From positions 353,291 through 417,290 of the IMG/VR virus record IMGVR_UViG_3300021431_002946: 64,000 nt of DNA. One strand, 5' to 3'. A program made the position numbers and the translations under genes. Positions 37,395 through 46,506 of this stretch are shown in pieces. The notes below the pieces were generated by a model that made no database searches, was not told the DNA's origin, and was given only the letters and a program-made list of their open reading frames with translations. This DNA is from a virus. Taxonomy: Duplodnaviria > Heunggongvirae > Uroviricota > Caudoviricetes. The stretch's first letter is position 1; each line of letters begins with the position of its first letter.

Positions 37395-38618
37395 ATGGAA
37401 AGAATATTTAAAACAATCGCTTGGGTAGCATTACTCTTAGTTGTTTTATATTTTGGTGGTTATTCAATTCAGTCTTTCTCAAAGTCTGTAGAAATTGGAG
37501 ATCCTCAAAAAGTTTTAGCTCCATTAACTCAAAAATTACCTGAAATCAAAGGTGATATTGAATTTACAGAAGGTACTCCTCTTGCAGATGAAACTATTGC
37601 TTCATCTACTATGGAAGGATTTGGTGGAGACGATGAATCACTTCCAAGTGGTACAGGAATTGATACTGATGAATCAATTGAATCCTCTACAATACCTTCT
37701 GATACTGGAAGCTCAGATAAAAAAATTAGTTTTGAATATACAAGAATATTCAAAATTAATGTTGATGGAAAAGAGTTAGATCTTTCTAGTACAACTTCTG
37801 CAGAATTTGTAAAATGGTTATCATTAAATTATAATAATAATATTACTTATATTGATGATAAAGGTAATAATGTAACACCATTATTAAAAACAAATGTTAA
37901 TGCAAAAATTGGTAAAAATGAGACTACAACAACTGTAACCTCTGAGGTTACAACTACTAAAAATACAAGTAAAGTAAGTTCTACTGAAGCAAATAAGAAA
38001 ACTAAAACAAAAGTTACTTATTCAGAAGTATTAAAAGACGAAAAACAACTTACTAATTTAATCAACTCTATTGAAATAGTTGATAAATTACCTTCAGTTA
38101 AAGGTTATAACAGAAAAGATTACGAAAGTCCTGAAAAGAAATTTAAATTGAATGGTAAAAAGATAAATAGAAATGACTACGCTTGGAAAACAAGTAAGTA
38201 TTTCAATGAAAAGAACTTTACTTATACTTGTCCTTATACTGGTAAAGTAATTAAAGATATGGATGATGGTAAGAAAGATAATGATTACGGTACTGTAGAT
38301 TATGATCATTTGTGCCCTCTCAAATCTTGTTATATCCGTGGTGGAAATAAGTGGACTAAAGAACAAAAGAATGCATATGCATATGATCAATGGGTTGCAG
38401 TAGATGTTTTATATTCTGCAAATAGAAGTAAAGGCGATAAAGGACCTCTTGAATATTTACCTGATATAAATATTGAAGATTATTGCTATTCTTGGTTACA
38501 AATTTGTAGTAAATATGAATTAAAGATGACTAAGAAAGAAGTTGATCTTTGTAAAAAGTATATTACAGCAGCCTTGAAAAAAGGTGAAAAAGTTGAACAC
38601 ATGTGTGGAAAAAATTAA
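37395..38618 (+). CDS. membrane-anchored DUF1524-type HNH nuclease
   Basis: N-terminal TM, S/T-rich stalk, DYDHLCPL..AYAYD...SANRSKGDKGP.EYLP. Confidence 0.75.
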   Translation: MERIFKTIAWVALLLVVLYFGGYSIQSFSKSVEIGDPQKVLAPLTQKLPEIKGDIEFTEGTPLADETIASSTMEGFGGDDESLPSGTGIDTDESIESSTIPSDTGSSDKKISFEYTRIFKINVDGKELDLSSTTSAEFVKWLSLNYNNNITYIDDKGNNVTPLLKTNVNAKIGKNETTTTVTSEVTTTKNTSKVSSTEANKKTKTKVTYSEVLKDEKQLTNLINSIEIVDKLPSVKGYNRKDYESPEKKFKLNGKKINRNDYAWKTSKYFNEKNFTYTCPYTGKVIKDMDDGKKDNDYGTVDYDHLCPLKSCYIRGGNKWTKEQKNAYAYDQWVAVDVLYSANRSKGDKGPLEYLPDINIEDYCYSWLQICSKYELKMTKKEVDLCKKYITAALKKGEKVEHMCGKN

Positions 38619-38643
38619 ATAAAAAAGGAGTTTAAATAATTTT

Positions 38644-38799
38644 ATGCAAGGTAGAAAACCTACTAGAGAAGAATGGAAGATTTTGGAAGCTAATGATCTT
38701 AATACCAGAGAATGGTTAGTTCAAAAGAATGGAAATGAAATAATGCAACTAATTAATAAAGAATCTGGTAAAATTATTACAATTAGCAAAGAAATCTAA
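38644..38799 (+). CDS. small phage protein (51 aa, not in track)
   Basis: MQGRKPTREE...EWLVQK...LINKESG; RBS AAAGGAG. Confidence 0.6.
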   Translation: MQGRKPTREEWKILEANDLNTREWLVQKNGNEIMQLINKESGKIITISKEI

Positions 38800-38828
38800 A
38801 AATAACATATATTGTAATAAAAATCTAA

Positions 38829-38858
38829 TTTACTTTATATGTTCTAGTATGATATAAT
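38829..38858 (+). promoter_or_regulatory. sigma70-type promoter
   Basis: TTTACT-18-TATAAT with TGn. Confidence 0.65.
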
Positions 38859-38895
38859 TATTTAAATAAAAGTATAAAGGAAAATTAGGAAGTAC

Positions 38896-39402
38896 ATGAA
38901 TATTATTATTGAAGGTCCTGACGCTACAGGCAAAACAACATTAGTTGAAAAAATTCTAGCAAAGCATCCTGATATGTCTTTGCTTCATGATACTGGAAAG
39001 ACTAAGAATGATAAAGAATATTATATGAGTCTTCTTGAAAAAGATAATTATATCTTTGATCGTTTTCATCTTAGTGAATATATCTTTCCTCAAATATATG
39101 GTAGACCTGCCAAACTTACTTGGCAGGATTTTAATGAAATCACAGATGGCTTAGATGCAAGACATACTTATATGATTATCTTCATCAGTTCAGATATAAA
39201 TATCCTTAAAGATAGATTAGCTGAGCGCGGTGAATATAATTATTTTAAAGAAATTGTTCCGCAAGAAGAATTATTTGAACTCTATGGAAATTATATTTCT
39301 AAGATGTATAATTTTGGAGCTCAAAATATTTTTGTTGCAGATATTGCCAATAATGGTTATGAACTTTTAGATAAATGGCTTAAGGAGAAGGAAATTATAT
39401 GA
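38896..39402 (+). CDS. dNMP/thymidylate kinase-like P-loop protein
   Basis: IIIEGPDATGKTT, FDRFHLSE, RLAERG. Confidence 0.8.
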   Translation: MNIIIEGPDATGKTTLVEKILAKHPDMSLLHDTGKTKNDKEYYMSLLEKDNYIFDRFHLSEYIFPQIYGRPAKLTWQDFNEITDGLDARHTYMIIFISSDINILKDRLAERGEYNYFKEIVPQEELFELYGNYISKMYNFGAQNIFVADIANNGYELLDKWLKEKEII

Positions 39403-39914
39403 TAGTTAATAATATTGCTATTGAAATCGAGGGAATGGATAGAGCAGGTAAAGATACACTAGCTGATTATATTAAATATCTTGGAAATTATGCATATACA
39501 ATAAATGTTAGAGGTATTTTAACACAGATCGTTTATAATGATAAATTTGATAGAAATAATACATATGTTCTTCCTTATAAACCTTTTATCGTATTTCTTG
39601 ATATAAATAATACAGATCAAGCAATTAGAGCAAAGAAAACTGATGAAGCAAAAATAAATGTAAATAAAGATAGAGAAGCATTTTATACTTATGCAGATGA
39701 ACTTAAAAAGCATGGAATAACAGTTCTTACATATAATACGTCAGAAATTACAATGATGAATATTGCAAAAGATGTAATGAAGCATCTTGCAAATGTTAAG
39801 ATTGAAGATTATATTTTAACTGAACCAATTATTCTTAATAGTTTAAATGTATATACAAAAGAAGATCTTAGAGACGAAGATGTATTTTATAAATTTACAG
39901 CGGAGGAAAATTAA
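39399..39914 (+). CDS. second NMP-kinase-like P-loop protein
   Basis: IEIEGMDRAGKDT, INVRG. Confidence 0.65.
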   Translation: MIVNNIAIEIEGMDRAGKDTLADYIKYLGNYAYTINVRGILTQIVYNDKFDRNNTYVLPYKPFIVFLDINNTDQAIRAKKTDEAKINVNKDREAFYTYADELKKHGITVLTYNTSEITMMNIAKDVMKHLANVKIEDYILTEPIILNSLNVYTKEDLRDEDVFYKFTAEEN

Positions 39915-39917
39915 AAA

Positions 39918-40919
39918 ATGAGTGAGTTTAATGTAAATGATAGACGTTTTCCTAGATGGGAAAATCTTGAAAATAAAACAACTTTTGTAAATGATCTTGA
40001 AAATATTAAAGTTGAATTACTTATGGCGCCTTCTTTAGAAGAGTTACTTGATATTACTGCACCTGTTTTACTTGCAACTTGGGATAAATGTGCTAGACAT
40101 AAAGATTCAAGTTTAAATAAAACAGAACTTTGTAATGTTTCTTATGAAGAAAAGATGAAACTTTTTTATAGAGCTATGCGAGGTGGATTTTTACCTGCAT
40201 TTAAGGAATATTTTAATATAGTTGCAATGTTTGATGGTATTACTTTCCATGATTGTAGCCATATTTTTAGATCAAGACAACTTGCATTTCAAGCAGATTG
40301 TACTGGAGACAAGGTACTTAATGAGAGAGAAATTACTGTACCTGAATCATACGAAATTTGTGGTTATGCAGACGAATATAAGAGAATCATGATAGATATG
40401 ATGAATCTTTATTGTAAGATGTATAATGATAAAAGAATTTCACACCATGATGCAAGACTTGTTACACCTAAAACAATGGGAACATTTGTAACAGCAAAAA
40501 TGAATATTGGTGATGTTATGAGACTCGTTCATCAAAGAAATCCTCAAACTGAACCTTCAGCTGATGTAATTATGATGGAACAACTTTGGGTAGAAATTTG
40601 CAAGAAATATCCATTTATGGCGTCACTCATTGATATTGATGAACCTTCATTTTTCTATAAGAAAGAAGAAACAACTTGTAAGAATTTTGCAAGTCACTTT
40701 TATCCTCCTATGAATGATAGAAATAATCTTCCTGAAGGTGCAAATAATGAATGGCTTTATGATCAGCCTAGATCAGAAATGCCTGGTTATGATGAAAACT
40801 CTATCTTTAATAAACTTAGAACCGGTTATAGAGAAGAACTTAAGAGATTAGATACTCTTGCAAGAGAAACTTGGCCATATCTATATACTGAAGAATATAA
40901 TAGAGATTACGGAGTATAA
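39918..40919 (+). CDS. thyX: divergent ThyX-fold flavoprotein
   Basis: FDGIT...RSRQLAFQADC (cf. RHRx7S), VP, DARLVTP, MN...R pattern. Confidence 0.6.
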   Translation: MSEFNVNDRRFPRWENLENKTTFVNDLENIKVELLMAPSLEELLDITAPVLLATWDKCARHKDSSLNKTELCNVSYEEKMKLFYRAMRGGFLPAFKEYFNIVAMFDGITFHDCSHIFRSRQLAFQADCTGDKVLNEREITVPESYEICGYADEYKRIMIDMMNLYCKMYNDKRISHHDARLVTPKTMGTFVTAKMNIGDVMRLVHQRNPQTEPSADVIMMEQLWVEICKKYPFMASLIDIDEPSFFYKKEETTCKNFASHFYPPMNDRNNLPEGANNEWLYDQPRSEMPGYDENSIFNKLRTGYREELKRLDTLARETWPYLYTEEYNRDYGV

Positions 40920-40921
40920 TT

Positions 40922-41578
40922 ATGGGATATATTTATATTATGGAAACACCTGCAAAACTAAATGTAGTTAAATTAGGTTATGCGGATGATGTCAGCAAAC
41001 GTTTATCACAATTAAATGGAGCTAATCCAGATTCATTTCATGTATATGCAATTTATAAAACTGCAGATAGATTAACAGATAAAAGTTTGCATAATCTTAT
41101 TGATGCATTAAATCCAAATTTAAGATATGATCCACATAAAGAATTTTATGAAATGTCTGCAGAAAATGCATATAAAATTTTTGAATCAATTGCAAAAATA
41201 AATGGTTTACAAGATTCATTAATATTAAATCCATATCATGATGATTATTTTAAAAATCGTATTGAAAATATGACATCATATGGAAGGCCTAAAGTACCTG
41301 GACGTGTTTCATTTGAAAAATTAAATATTCCAGTAGGTGCAATTTTAACATTAAATATTGATACGTCTATAACAGTAACAGTTGCAGATACTAAAAATCA
41401 TGTTATTTATGATAATAAAAAGAAAGGTACTGTTAGTGATGTTGCATCAATACTTCGTAAAAGATTAAAGCATCCATATAAAAGTATAAATGGTTGGATT
41501 GAATTTAGTTATAACGGAATATCACTAGGAGAATTAAGAGATCAATATTGGACTAATAAAAATTGGTCAAATGAATAA
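40922..41578 (+). CDS. T5orf172/GIY-YIG-domain protein
   Basis: GYIYIM, KLGYADDVSKRL, EFYE. Confidence 0.7.
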   Translation: MGYIYIMETPAKLNVVKLGYADDVSKRLSQLNGANPDSFHVYAIYKTADRLTDKSLHNLIDALNPNLRYDPHKEFYEMSAENAYKIFESIAKINGLQDSLILNPYHDDYFKNRIENMTSYGRPKVPGRVSFEKLNIPVGAILTLNIDTSITVTVADTKNHVIYDNKKKGTVSDVASILRKRLKHPYKSINGWIEFSYNGISLGELRDQYWTNKNWSNE

Positions 41579-41583
41579 TTAAA

Positions 41584-41615
41584 AAGAGACATCTATATGG
41601 TGTCTCTTACTTATT
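41584..41615 (+). terminator. hairpin, probable terminator
   Basis: AAGAGACATC-tatat-GGTGTCTCTT; weak T tail. Confidence 0.6.
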
Positions 41616-41633
41616 ATATAAATGAGGTATAAT

Positions 41634-42653
41634 ATGTCAAAAGGTTATGTTTATATTATGACTACTGCTGTTGATGGTATTATTAAAATTGGTAGAACAG
41701 ATAGTTGGACAAGAAGATGTCAAGATCAATTAGAAATAAATGGATATAAAAATATGAATGGTCTTAAAACGTATTTTGTTGTCCAGGTTGATAATATGGA
41801 AGAAATTGAATCTATTATGCATGATATTTTTAGAGAATCTAGAGTATCTAACTTTGAAATGTTTGCTGTAGATAAAGATAGAGCAAAAAGAGTACTTTCT
41901 AAAATGGGTACACAAGTATATCCAGCCCAAAAAGTTATAAATAATAATATGAAATCTACAAACAATAAAAATGAAGATCATTTTAGAAATTCAACTAAAT
42001 TAATATTTAGAAATTTACAAATACCAATTGGTGAAAAAATAAATGTACGAAAAAATGGTTATGATCTTGAATGCAAAGTCGTAGATAATTTTGATAAAGT
42101 AGAATATAATGGAAAAATTATGTCTATTACAGACGTAGAAAAAATAATAAATCCAGATGCTAAAAATGGTATATATGTAAGTTATTACAAAGGCATAAGA
42201 TTACCGGAGCTTCCAAAAATGCACGAATATCAATATAATACTGATTTTTGGAATGCATTTAATAAAGAATTAGATAAATATAATATACCAGCAGATAATA
42301 ATAAAAAAATAAATGTTAAAAGATGGTATAGTAATGATAGATTTAAATTAAAAACTGGTTTTAGAATAGCTGTAGATTTTTTCTTAGATAAAAATAAAAT
42401 TTGTATAGATATTTTTACACATAATAATAAAATTTTTGAAAAGCAAAAAATTTATTTAGCACATAAAAATGATATTGAAAAACAATTAGGATATTCATTA
42501 AATTGGAATGATATATTTCCAAGAGATGATATAAGCAAAAATAGAATTTCATATTATATTGATAATGATTTTGCAATTATAGACCAAAAAGTAATTGCAG
42601 AAGTTGCAAAAAAGATTGTAGAAATTTATAATGTATTTAATCAATATGAGTAA
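41634..42653 (+). CDS. T5orf172/GIY-YIG protein with DUF4268-like C-terminus
   Basis: GYVYIM, KIGRT, EMF; FW..F, KNDIEKQLGYSLNW. Confidence 0.7.
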   Translation: MSKGYVYIMTTAVDGIIKIGRTDSWTRRCQDQLEINGYKNMNGLKTYFVVQVDNMEEIESIMHDIFRESRVSNFEMFAVDKDRAKRVLSKMGTQVYPAQKVINNNMKSTNNKNEDHFRNSTKLIFRNLQIPIGEKINVRKNGYDLECKVVDNFDKVEYNGKIMSITDVEKIINPDAKNGIYVSYYKGIRLPELPKMHEYQYNTDFWNAFNKELDKYNIPADNNKKINVKRWYSNDRFKLKTGFRIAVDFFLDKNKICIDIFTHNNKIFEKQKIYLAHKNDIEKQLGYSLNWNDIFPRDDISKNRISYYIDNDFAIIDQKVIAEVAKKIVEIYNVFNQYE

Positions 42654-42661
42654 GGTGTAAA

Positions 42662-42880
42662 ATGTTAATAAAATTTAATGAACTAACAGATAAAGAATTT
42701 TATGAAATTCTTGAACAAAATACTGATATAACAAAGTATTTTAAAAAGAAGGTATTGAAGTGCTTTAAAAAACATTTGGAAGAAACATATCCTAATGGAT
42801 TAGAATTAAATTATTTTATAGAAACTTGTCCTAGTGGAAAAGAATTTTACGAATTATTTGGTTATTTAGGAGAAAAGTAA
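42662..42880 (+). CDS. hypothetical protein
   Basis: RBS AAGGTG. Confidence 0.6.
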   Translation: MLIKFNELTDKEFYEILEQNTDITKYFKKKVLKCFKKHLEETYPNGLELNYFIETCPSGKEFYELFGYLGEK

Positions 42881-43845
42881 TGTTACCAATTAAGTTAAAC
42901 ATTCCAAAGAAATTTTTTAAAGAAGAACTTCGAGATGGTTATCTTGTTACAGAAGATGTTAAAAAATTATGGGCAATTCAATTAGATTTGCTTAATGAAT
43001 TAATTAATGTTTGTAAAAGAAATGATTTAAAAGTTTTTGTTGATAGCGGTACTTTACTTGGTACTATTCGTCATAAAGGTTTTATTCCATGGGATAATGA
43101 TGTAGATGTTATTATGCTTAGACCTGATTACGAAAAACTTTGTAAGATTACAAAGAAGGAATTAAAGAAACCTTACTTTTTACAGACTATGTATAATGAT
43201 AAAGGTTATGCGCATTTACATGCAAAGCTTAGAAATTCAGCTACTACTGGAATAATGAAAGTAGAAGCTGAGTCTAGTATTTCATATAATCAAGGAATAT
43301 ATATTGATGTATTTGTTTTAGATTATGTACCTAATGAAGGTGAAGATAGAGCAAGTAAAAAAGAACGAATTGATTATATGAATGCAGTTGAAATAGAAAG
43401 AAGAAAGCTTTATCATTTAATGAGAGCTACTGTAAATTATCGAGTAAGACGAGATAAGTATATGGTTCAAACTGATTTTCTTAGATCAATTGCTGATGTA
43501 TCAAATAAGACTTATGAAGAAATTTGTCAAGAACAAGCAATTGTTTGTGATAAAGTTATTAAAGAAACTGGAATAAGGCCAACAGATAGACTTTATACTC
43601 ATGAATTTTTCTCATGGAGAGAAAGACACTTTTTTGATCCAAAGTGGTTTAGAAAAGTAAAGTATGCAAAGTTTGAAATGTTGAAAGTACCTATTCCAGT
43701 AGATTATTTGAATGTACTTGAAACTTGGTATGGTAAAGAATGGCAAACTCCAATTATTGGCGCGCATGCATTACATGGAAATATGATTGTTGACGCTGAA
43801 AAATCTTATAAAGCATATATAAAGGAACAAAACAAAAATGGATAA
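42880..43845 (+). CDS. licD: LicD-family nucleotidyl/phosphotransferase
   Basis: GTLLGTIRHKGFIPWDNDVD, YIDVFVLD, YLNVLETWYG. Confidence 0.9.
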   Translation: MLPIKLNIPKKFFKEELRDGYLVTEDVKKLWAIQLDLLNELINVCKRNDLKVFVDSGTLLGTIRHKGFIPWDNDVDVIMLRPDYEKLCKITKKELKKPYFLQTMYNDKGYAHLHAKLRNSATTGIMKVEAESSISYNQGIYIDVFVLDYVPNEGEDRASKKERIDYMNAVEIERRKLYHLMRATVNYRVRRDKYMVQTDFLRSIADVSNKTYEEICQEQAIVCDKVIKETGIRPTDRLYTHEFFSWRERHFFDPKWFRKVKYAKFEMLKVPIPVDYLNVLETWYGKEWQTPIIGAHALHGNMIVDAEKSYKAYIKEQNKNG

Positions 43846-44182
43846 ATTATTAACATTTATAGGGATTATTAGTTGACTTATTTGTTTTGTAGGAATTTGT
43901 ATATTATTACATATACCAATTATGCTTAAAGAATATAAAAAATATTGTAAAGAATTAGTTAATAAATATTTTAATGAAAATTTATCATATGAAGAATTTG
44001 AAATAATTAAACAAGAATATTTAAGTCATTATATAGAAAATTATAAATTCAAATATATTACAGAAAGCTCTATTAATAATGTTGCATTTAATACATTTTT
44101 TGATAAATTTGCGCTTAAAATTTTTAAATATAGTGACTCTAAATTATCCACTAAAGATTTTGTTATAAAATATATAGCTTAA
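43838..44182 (+). pseudogene. membrane protein gene with an in-frame TGA at 43874
   Basis: ATG 43838 has RBS AAAGGA and is in frame with track ORF 43922; the stop lies inside a TM helix (IIS*LICF). Confidence 0.6.
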
Positions 44183-44200
44183 AAGACTATTTAATTATAT
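44182..44200 (+). promoter_or_regulatory. class-2 motif, copy 3
   Basis: AAAGACTATTTAATTATAT. Confidence 0.6.
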
Positions 44201-44227
44201 ATTAAAATTAGAAAGGAAATTACACAT

Positions 44228-44734
44228 ATGGGAAAGAAAGTTTATTTTGCAGGTCCTTGGTTTACTGCTGCTCAAGCTGAAAGAGAACAAAGATTGATTA
44301 AGAAATTGAGAGATTTAGGTTTTGAGGTATTCTCTCCTAGAGAAAGTTCAAATATTACTGGTACATTTTCAGATCCTAAGGTTCAGAAGGCTACATTTGA
44401 AGGTAATATTGTAAATATCGACGATTGTGATATTCTCTTTGCAGTTACAGACGGTAAGCAAGGAACTTGTACAGAACCGGATCAAGTTGGTAGACCTATG
44501 TCAGCAATTGATGCTGGAACAATGATTGAATGTGGTTATGCATATTGTTTAAGAAGAAAGTCTGGTAAGGCTCCAGTTATTGTATATTATGCAGAAACTC
44601 TTGGTGATAGACCTTTTAATCTTATGCTTGCACAGTCTGCTGATATTGTTATTAAGAAGTATGAAGATCTTGATAATCTTCCTTCAATGATTGAAAATTC
44701 AGAAAGAACAATTTATACTGGACTTATTGAGTAA
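44228..44734 (+). CDS. nucleoside 2-deoxyribosyltransferase / nucleotide N-glycosidase family
   Basis: VYFAGPWF, VFSPR, IDDCD, DAGTMIECGYAY. Confidence 0.85.
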   Translation: MGKKVYFAGPWFTAAQAEREQRLIKKLRDLGFEVFSPRESSNITGTFSDPKVQKATFEGNIVNIDDCDILFAVTDGKQGTCTEPDQVGRPMSAIDAGTMIECGYAYCLRRKSGKAPVIVYYAETLGDRPFNLMLAQSADIVIKKYEDLDNLPSMIENSERTIYTGLIE

Positions 44735-44758
44735 TTAAATAATAAAATATATTTTATA

Positions 44759-44795
44759 AAATACGCATAGTTAGATAGCTGTGCGTATTTATTTA
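44759..44795 (+). terminator. intrinsic terminator
   Basis: AAATACGCATAG/CTGTGCGTATTT stem plus T-rich tail. Confidence 0.75.
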
Positions 44796-44824
44796 TTTAC
44801 AAATAAGATATTCGAAATTATAAT
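44796..44824 (+). promoter_or_regulatory. sigma70-type promoter
   Basis: TTTACA-17-TATAAT. Confidence 0.8.
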
Positions 44825-44854
44825 ATAATATACTAAAATAAATGGAGAATAAGA

Positions 44855-45361
44855 ATGATACAGATTAGAAATGGTAGTTTTGAGACTAATTCGTCTTCAG
44901 TACATGTATTGGTAATTCCAAAGGAAAATCCTATAGATATTCCAAATGAAGTAATTTTGACTGGAGGAGAATGGGGTTGGTCTCCTGGAATTGAACAAGA
45001 TACAATAAATTATTTTTATCAAGCATGTCTTGATCGTGGTCCTAAATATGTAACTAGATTTATAAAATTCCTTAAAAAGAATGGAGTAAATAATATCGCA
45101 GTTGATCCAATTAGTTGGCATACTACAGATTATAAAGGTAATCCACTTGATGAAGATGAGTATTGGCCAGATTGTGAAGGCAGTATTGATCATTCAGGCT
45201 GTGTTCCTATAGATGAGCTTTTTGCTGACGAAGAAATGTTAATTAAATTTTTATTTGGTACTCGTTCTTTTATAGAAACTGGTAATGACAATAGCGATAA
45301 TTGTCCTGAAGAAGAAGGTTATGATAAAAATAAATTTGATGTATTTGAAAAAGGTAATTAA
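44855..45361 (+). CDS. phage protein with RxxxFETNSSS motif
   Basis: MIQIRNGSFETNSSSVH; paralogue at 54318. Confidence 0.7.
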   Translation: MIQIRNGSFETNSSSVHVLVIPKENPIDIPNEVILTGGEWGWSPGIEQDTINYFYQACLDRGPKYVTRFIKFLKKNGVNNIAVDPISWHTTDYKGNPLDEDEYWPDCEGSIDHSGCVPIDELFADEEMLIKFLFGTRSFIETGNDNSDNCPEEEGYDKNKFDVFEKGN

Positions 45362-45373
45362 GAGGTAAAATAA

Positions 45374-45913
45374 ATGAAAGATTTTGATGAATTTATTGAA
45401 GAAATTGAATCTTTGAAACTTTATAGACAAACAAGAGTAAAGCGTTGGCAGCTCAGAGATTATGTATTTACTTCAGATGATGCTCAACATCAATTATTTG
45501 TAAGTCAAATAATTGTTATTCTTGTAAAGATGTTTAATATTCCAGAGAATACTGCATATAAAGCATTGAGTTATGGTTGTTGTCATGACTTTGTTGAATC
45601 TACTGAAGAGTCTTTAGGCGATGTCAATTATATGGTAAAAGAAAAGAATCCATCATTAAAAGCTTTAGTTAAAGATCTTGAAAGAGAATCAATGAAGAAA
45701 GTACCTGCATTTTATAATGCAATGTGTATTTGTGAATCTGATGATAATGCGAATCTTATTGTAAAACTTGCTGATAGTCTTGAAGCTTTGCTTTATGTAA
45801 ATAGAGAAATTAGATTTAATGAAGTAAAAGATGAGTGGATTCAAGTTAAATCTGAATTAATGATTAGATTAACTGAATATTGGCTTAAGATTAATGAAAT
45901 TTATAGTGAATAA
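45374..45913 (+). CDS. YfbR-like HD-domain deoxynucleotide phosphohydrolase
   Basis: VKRW, AQHQ, CHDFVE..GDV, VKLADSLE. Confidence 0.8.
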   Translation: MKDFDEFIEEIESLKLYRQTRVKRWQLRDYVFTSDDAQHQLFVSQIIVILVKMFNIPENTAYKALSYGCCHDFVESTEESLGDVNYMVKEKNPSLKALVKDLERESMKKVPAFYNAMCICESDDNANLIVKLADSLEALLYVNREIRFNEVKDEWIQVKSELMIRLTEYWLKINEIYSE

Positions 45914-45915
45914 TT

Positions 45916-46362
45916 ATGTATATTTATAAGTCATTTAAATGTCCATATTGTGGTAAAGTTTTTGATAGCGATCTTGGTGTAACTGAGTTTTATAAATATA
46001 AAGATAAAAAAGTAATAGGTCAAGATCACGGATGCGGACCTTTTATTACTGAATTAAATGATTCATATTTAGATGTTATTAATAAATATTATGGAATAGA
46101 AAATATTCCACTTTCAGTAAGAAATTCTATTTATGAACTTGTAGAAAATAATATACAAAATGTTAAAGATGAAAATGATATGTTTAATATTGTAGTTCAA
46201 GAATTACAAGAAGAACGTCCAATAATTGAATTACAATTAACTAATATTGTAATATTTATACAAATATGTATGTCATATCTTACTATGCCTAGATTTTCTT
46301 TACCTTTAACTGAAGATATAAAGAAAGAATTAATTCTTGATCACATAATTTGTTTTGATTAA
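45916..46362 (+). CDS. hypothetical protein
   Basis: CPYC, ORF track. Confidence 0.6.
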   Translation: MYIYKSFKCPYCGKVFDSDLGVTEFYKYKDKKVIGQDHGCGPFITELNDSYLDVINKYYGIENIPLSVRNSIYELVENNIQNVKDENDMFNIVVQELQEERPIIELQLTNIVIFIQICMSYLTMPRFSLPLTEDIKKELILDHIICFD

Positions 46363-46381
46363 AAGGCTATTTAACTATAAT
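46362..46381 (+). promoter_or_regulatory. class-2 motif, copy 4, ending in TATAAT
   Basis: AAAGGCTATTTAACTATAAT directly upstream of the candidate sRNA. Confidence 0.65.
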
Positions 46382-46384
46382 ACA

Positions 46385-46456
46385 GAGTCAAAGTAACTCG
46401 TATTGTGTGTGTATGTGTAATAATGTCTTAGCAATTTATTTTGCTAGGACATTTTT
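46385..46456 (+). ncRNA. candidate trans-acting sRNA antisense to the sigma-factor 5' UTR
   Basis: promoter plus terminator unit; 46388-46399 complementary to 24211-24222, 46400-46412 to 24187-24199, 46414-46421 to 24171-24178 (one G:U). Confidence 0.7.
46422..46456 (+). terminator. intrinsic terminator
   Basis: AATGTCTTAGCAA-tttatt-TTGCTAGGACATT plus T run. Confidence 0.85.
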
Positions 46457-46506
46457 ATTACTTCAATTTAATTAGTTATATATTTATAAAGGAGAAAAAA
46501 TAAGAT

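Noticed and set aside
45374-45913. Z-genome (DatZ) system
   Set aside because: The HD protein is YfbR/DatZ-like by fold only; no purZ or mazZ was recognised in the window.
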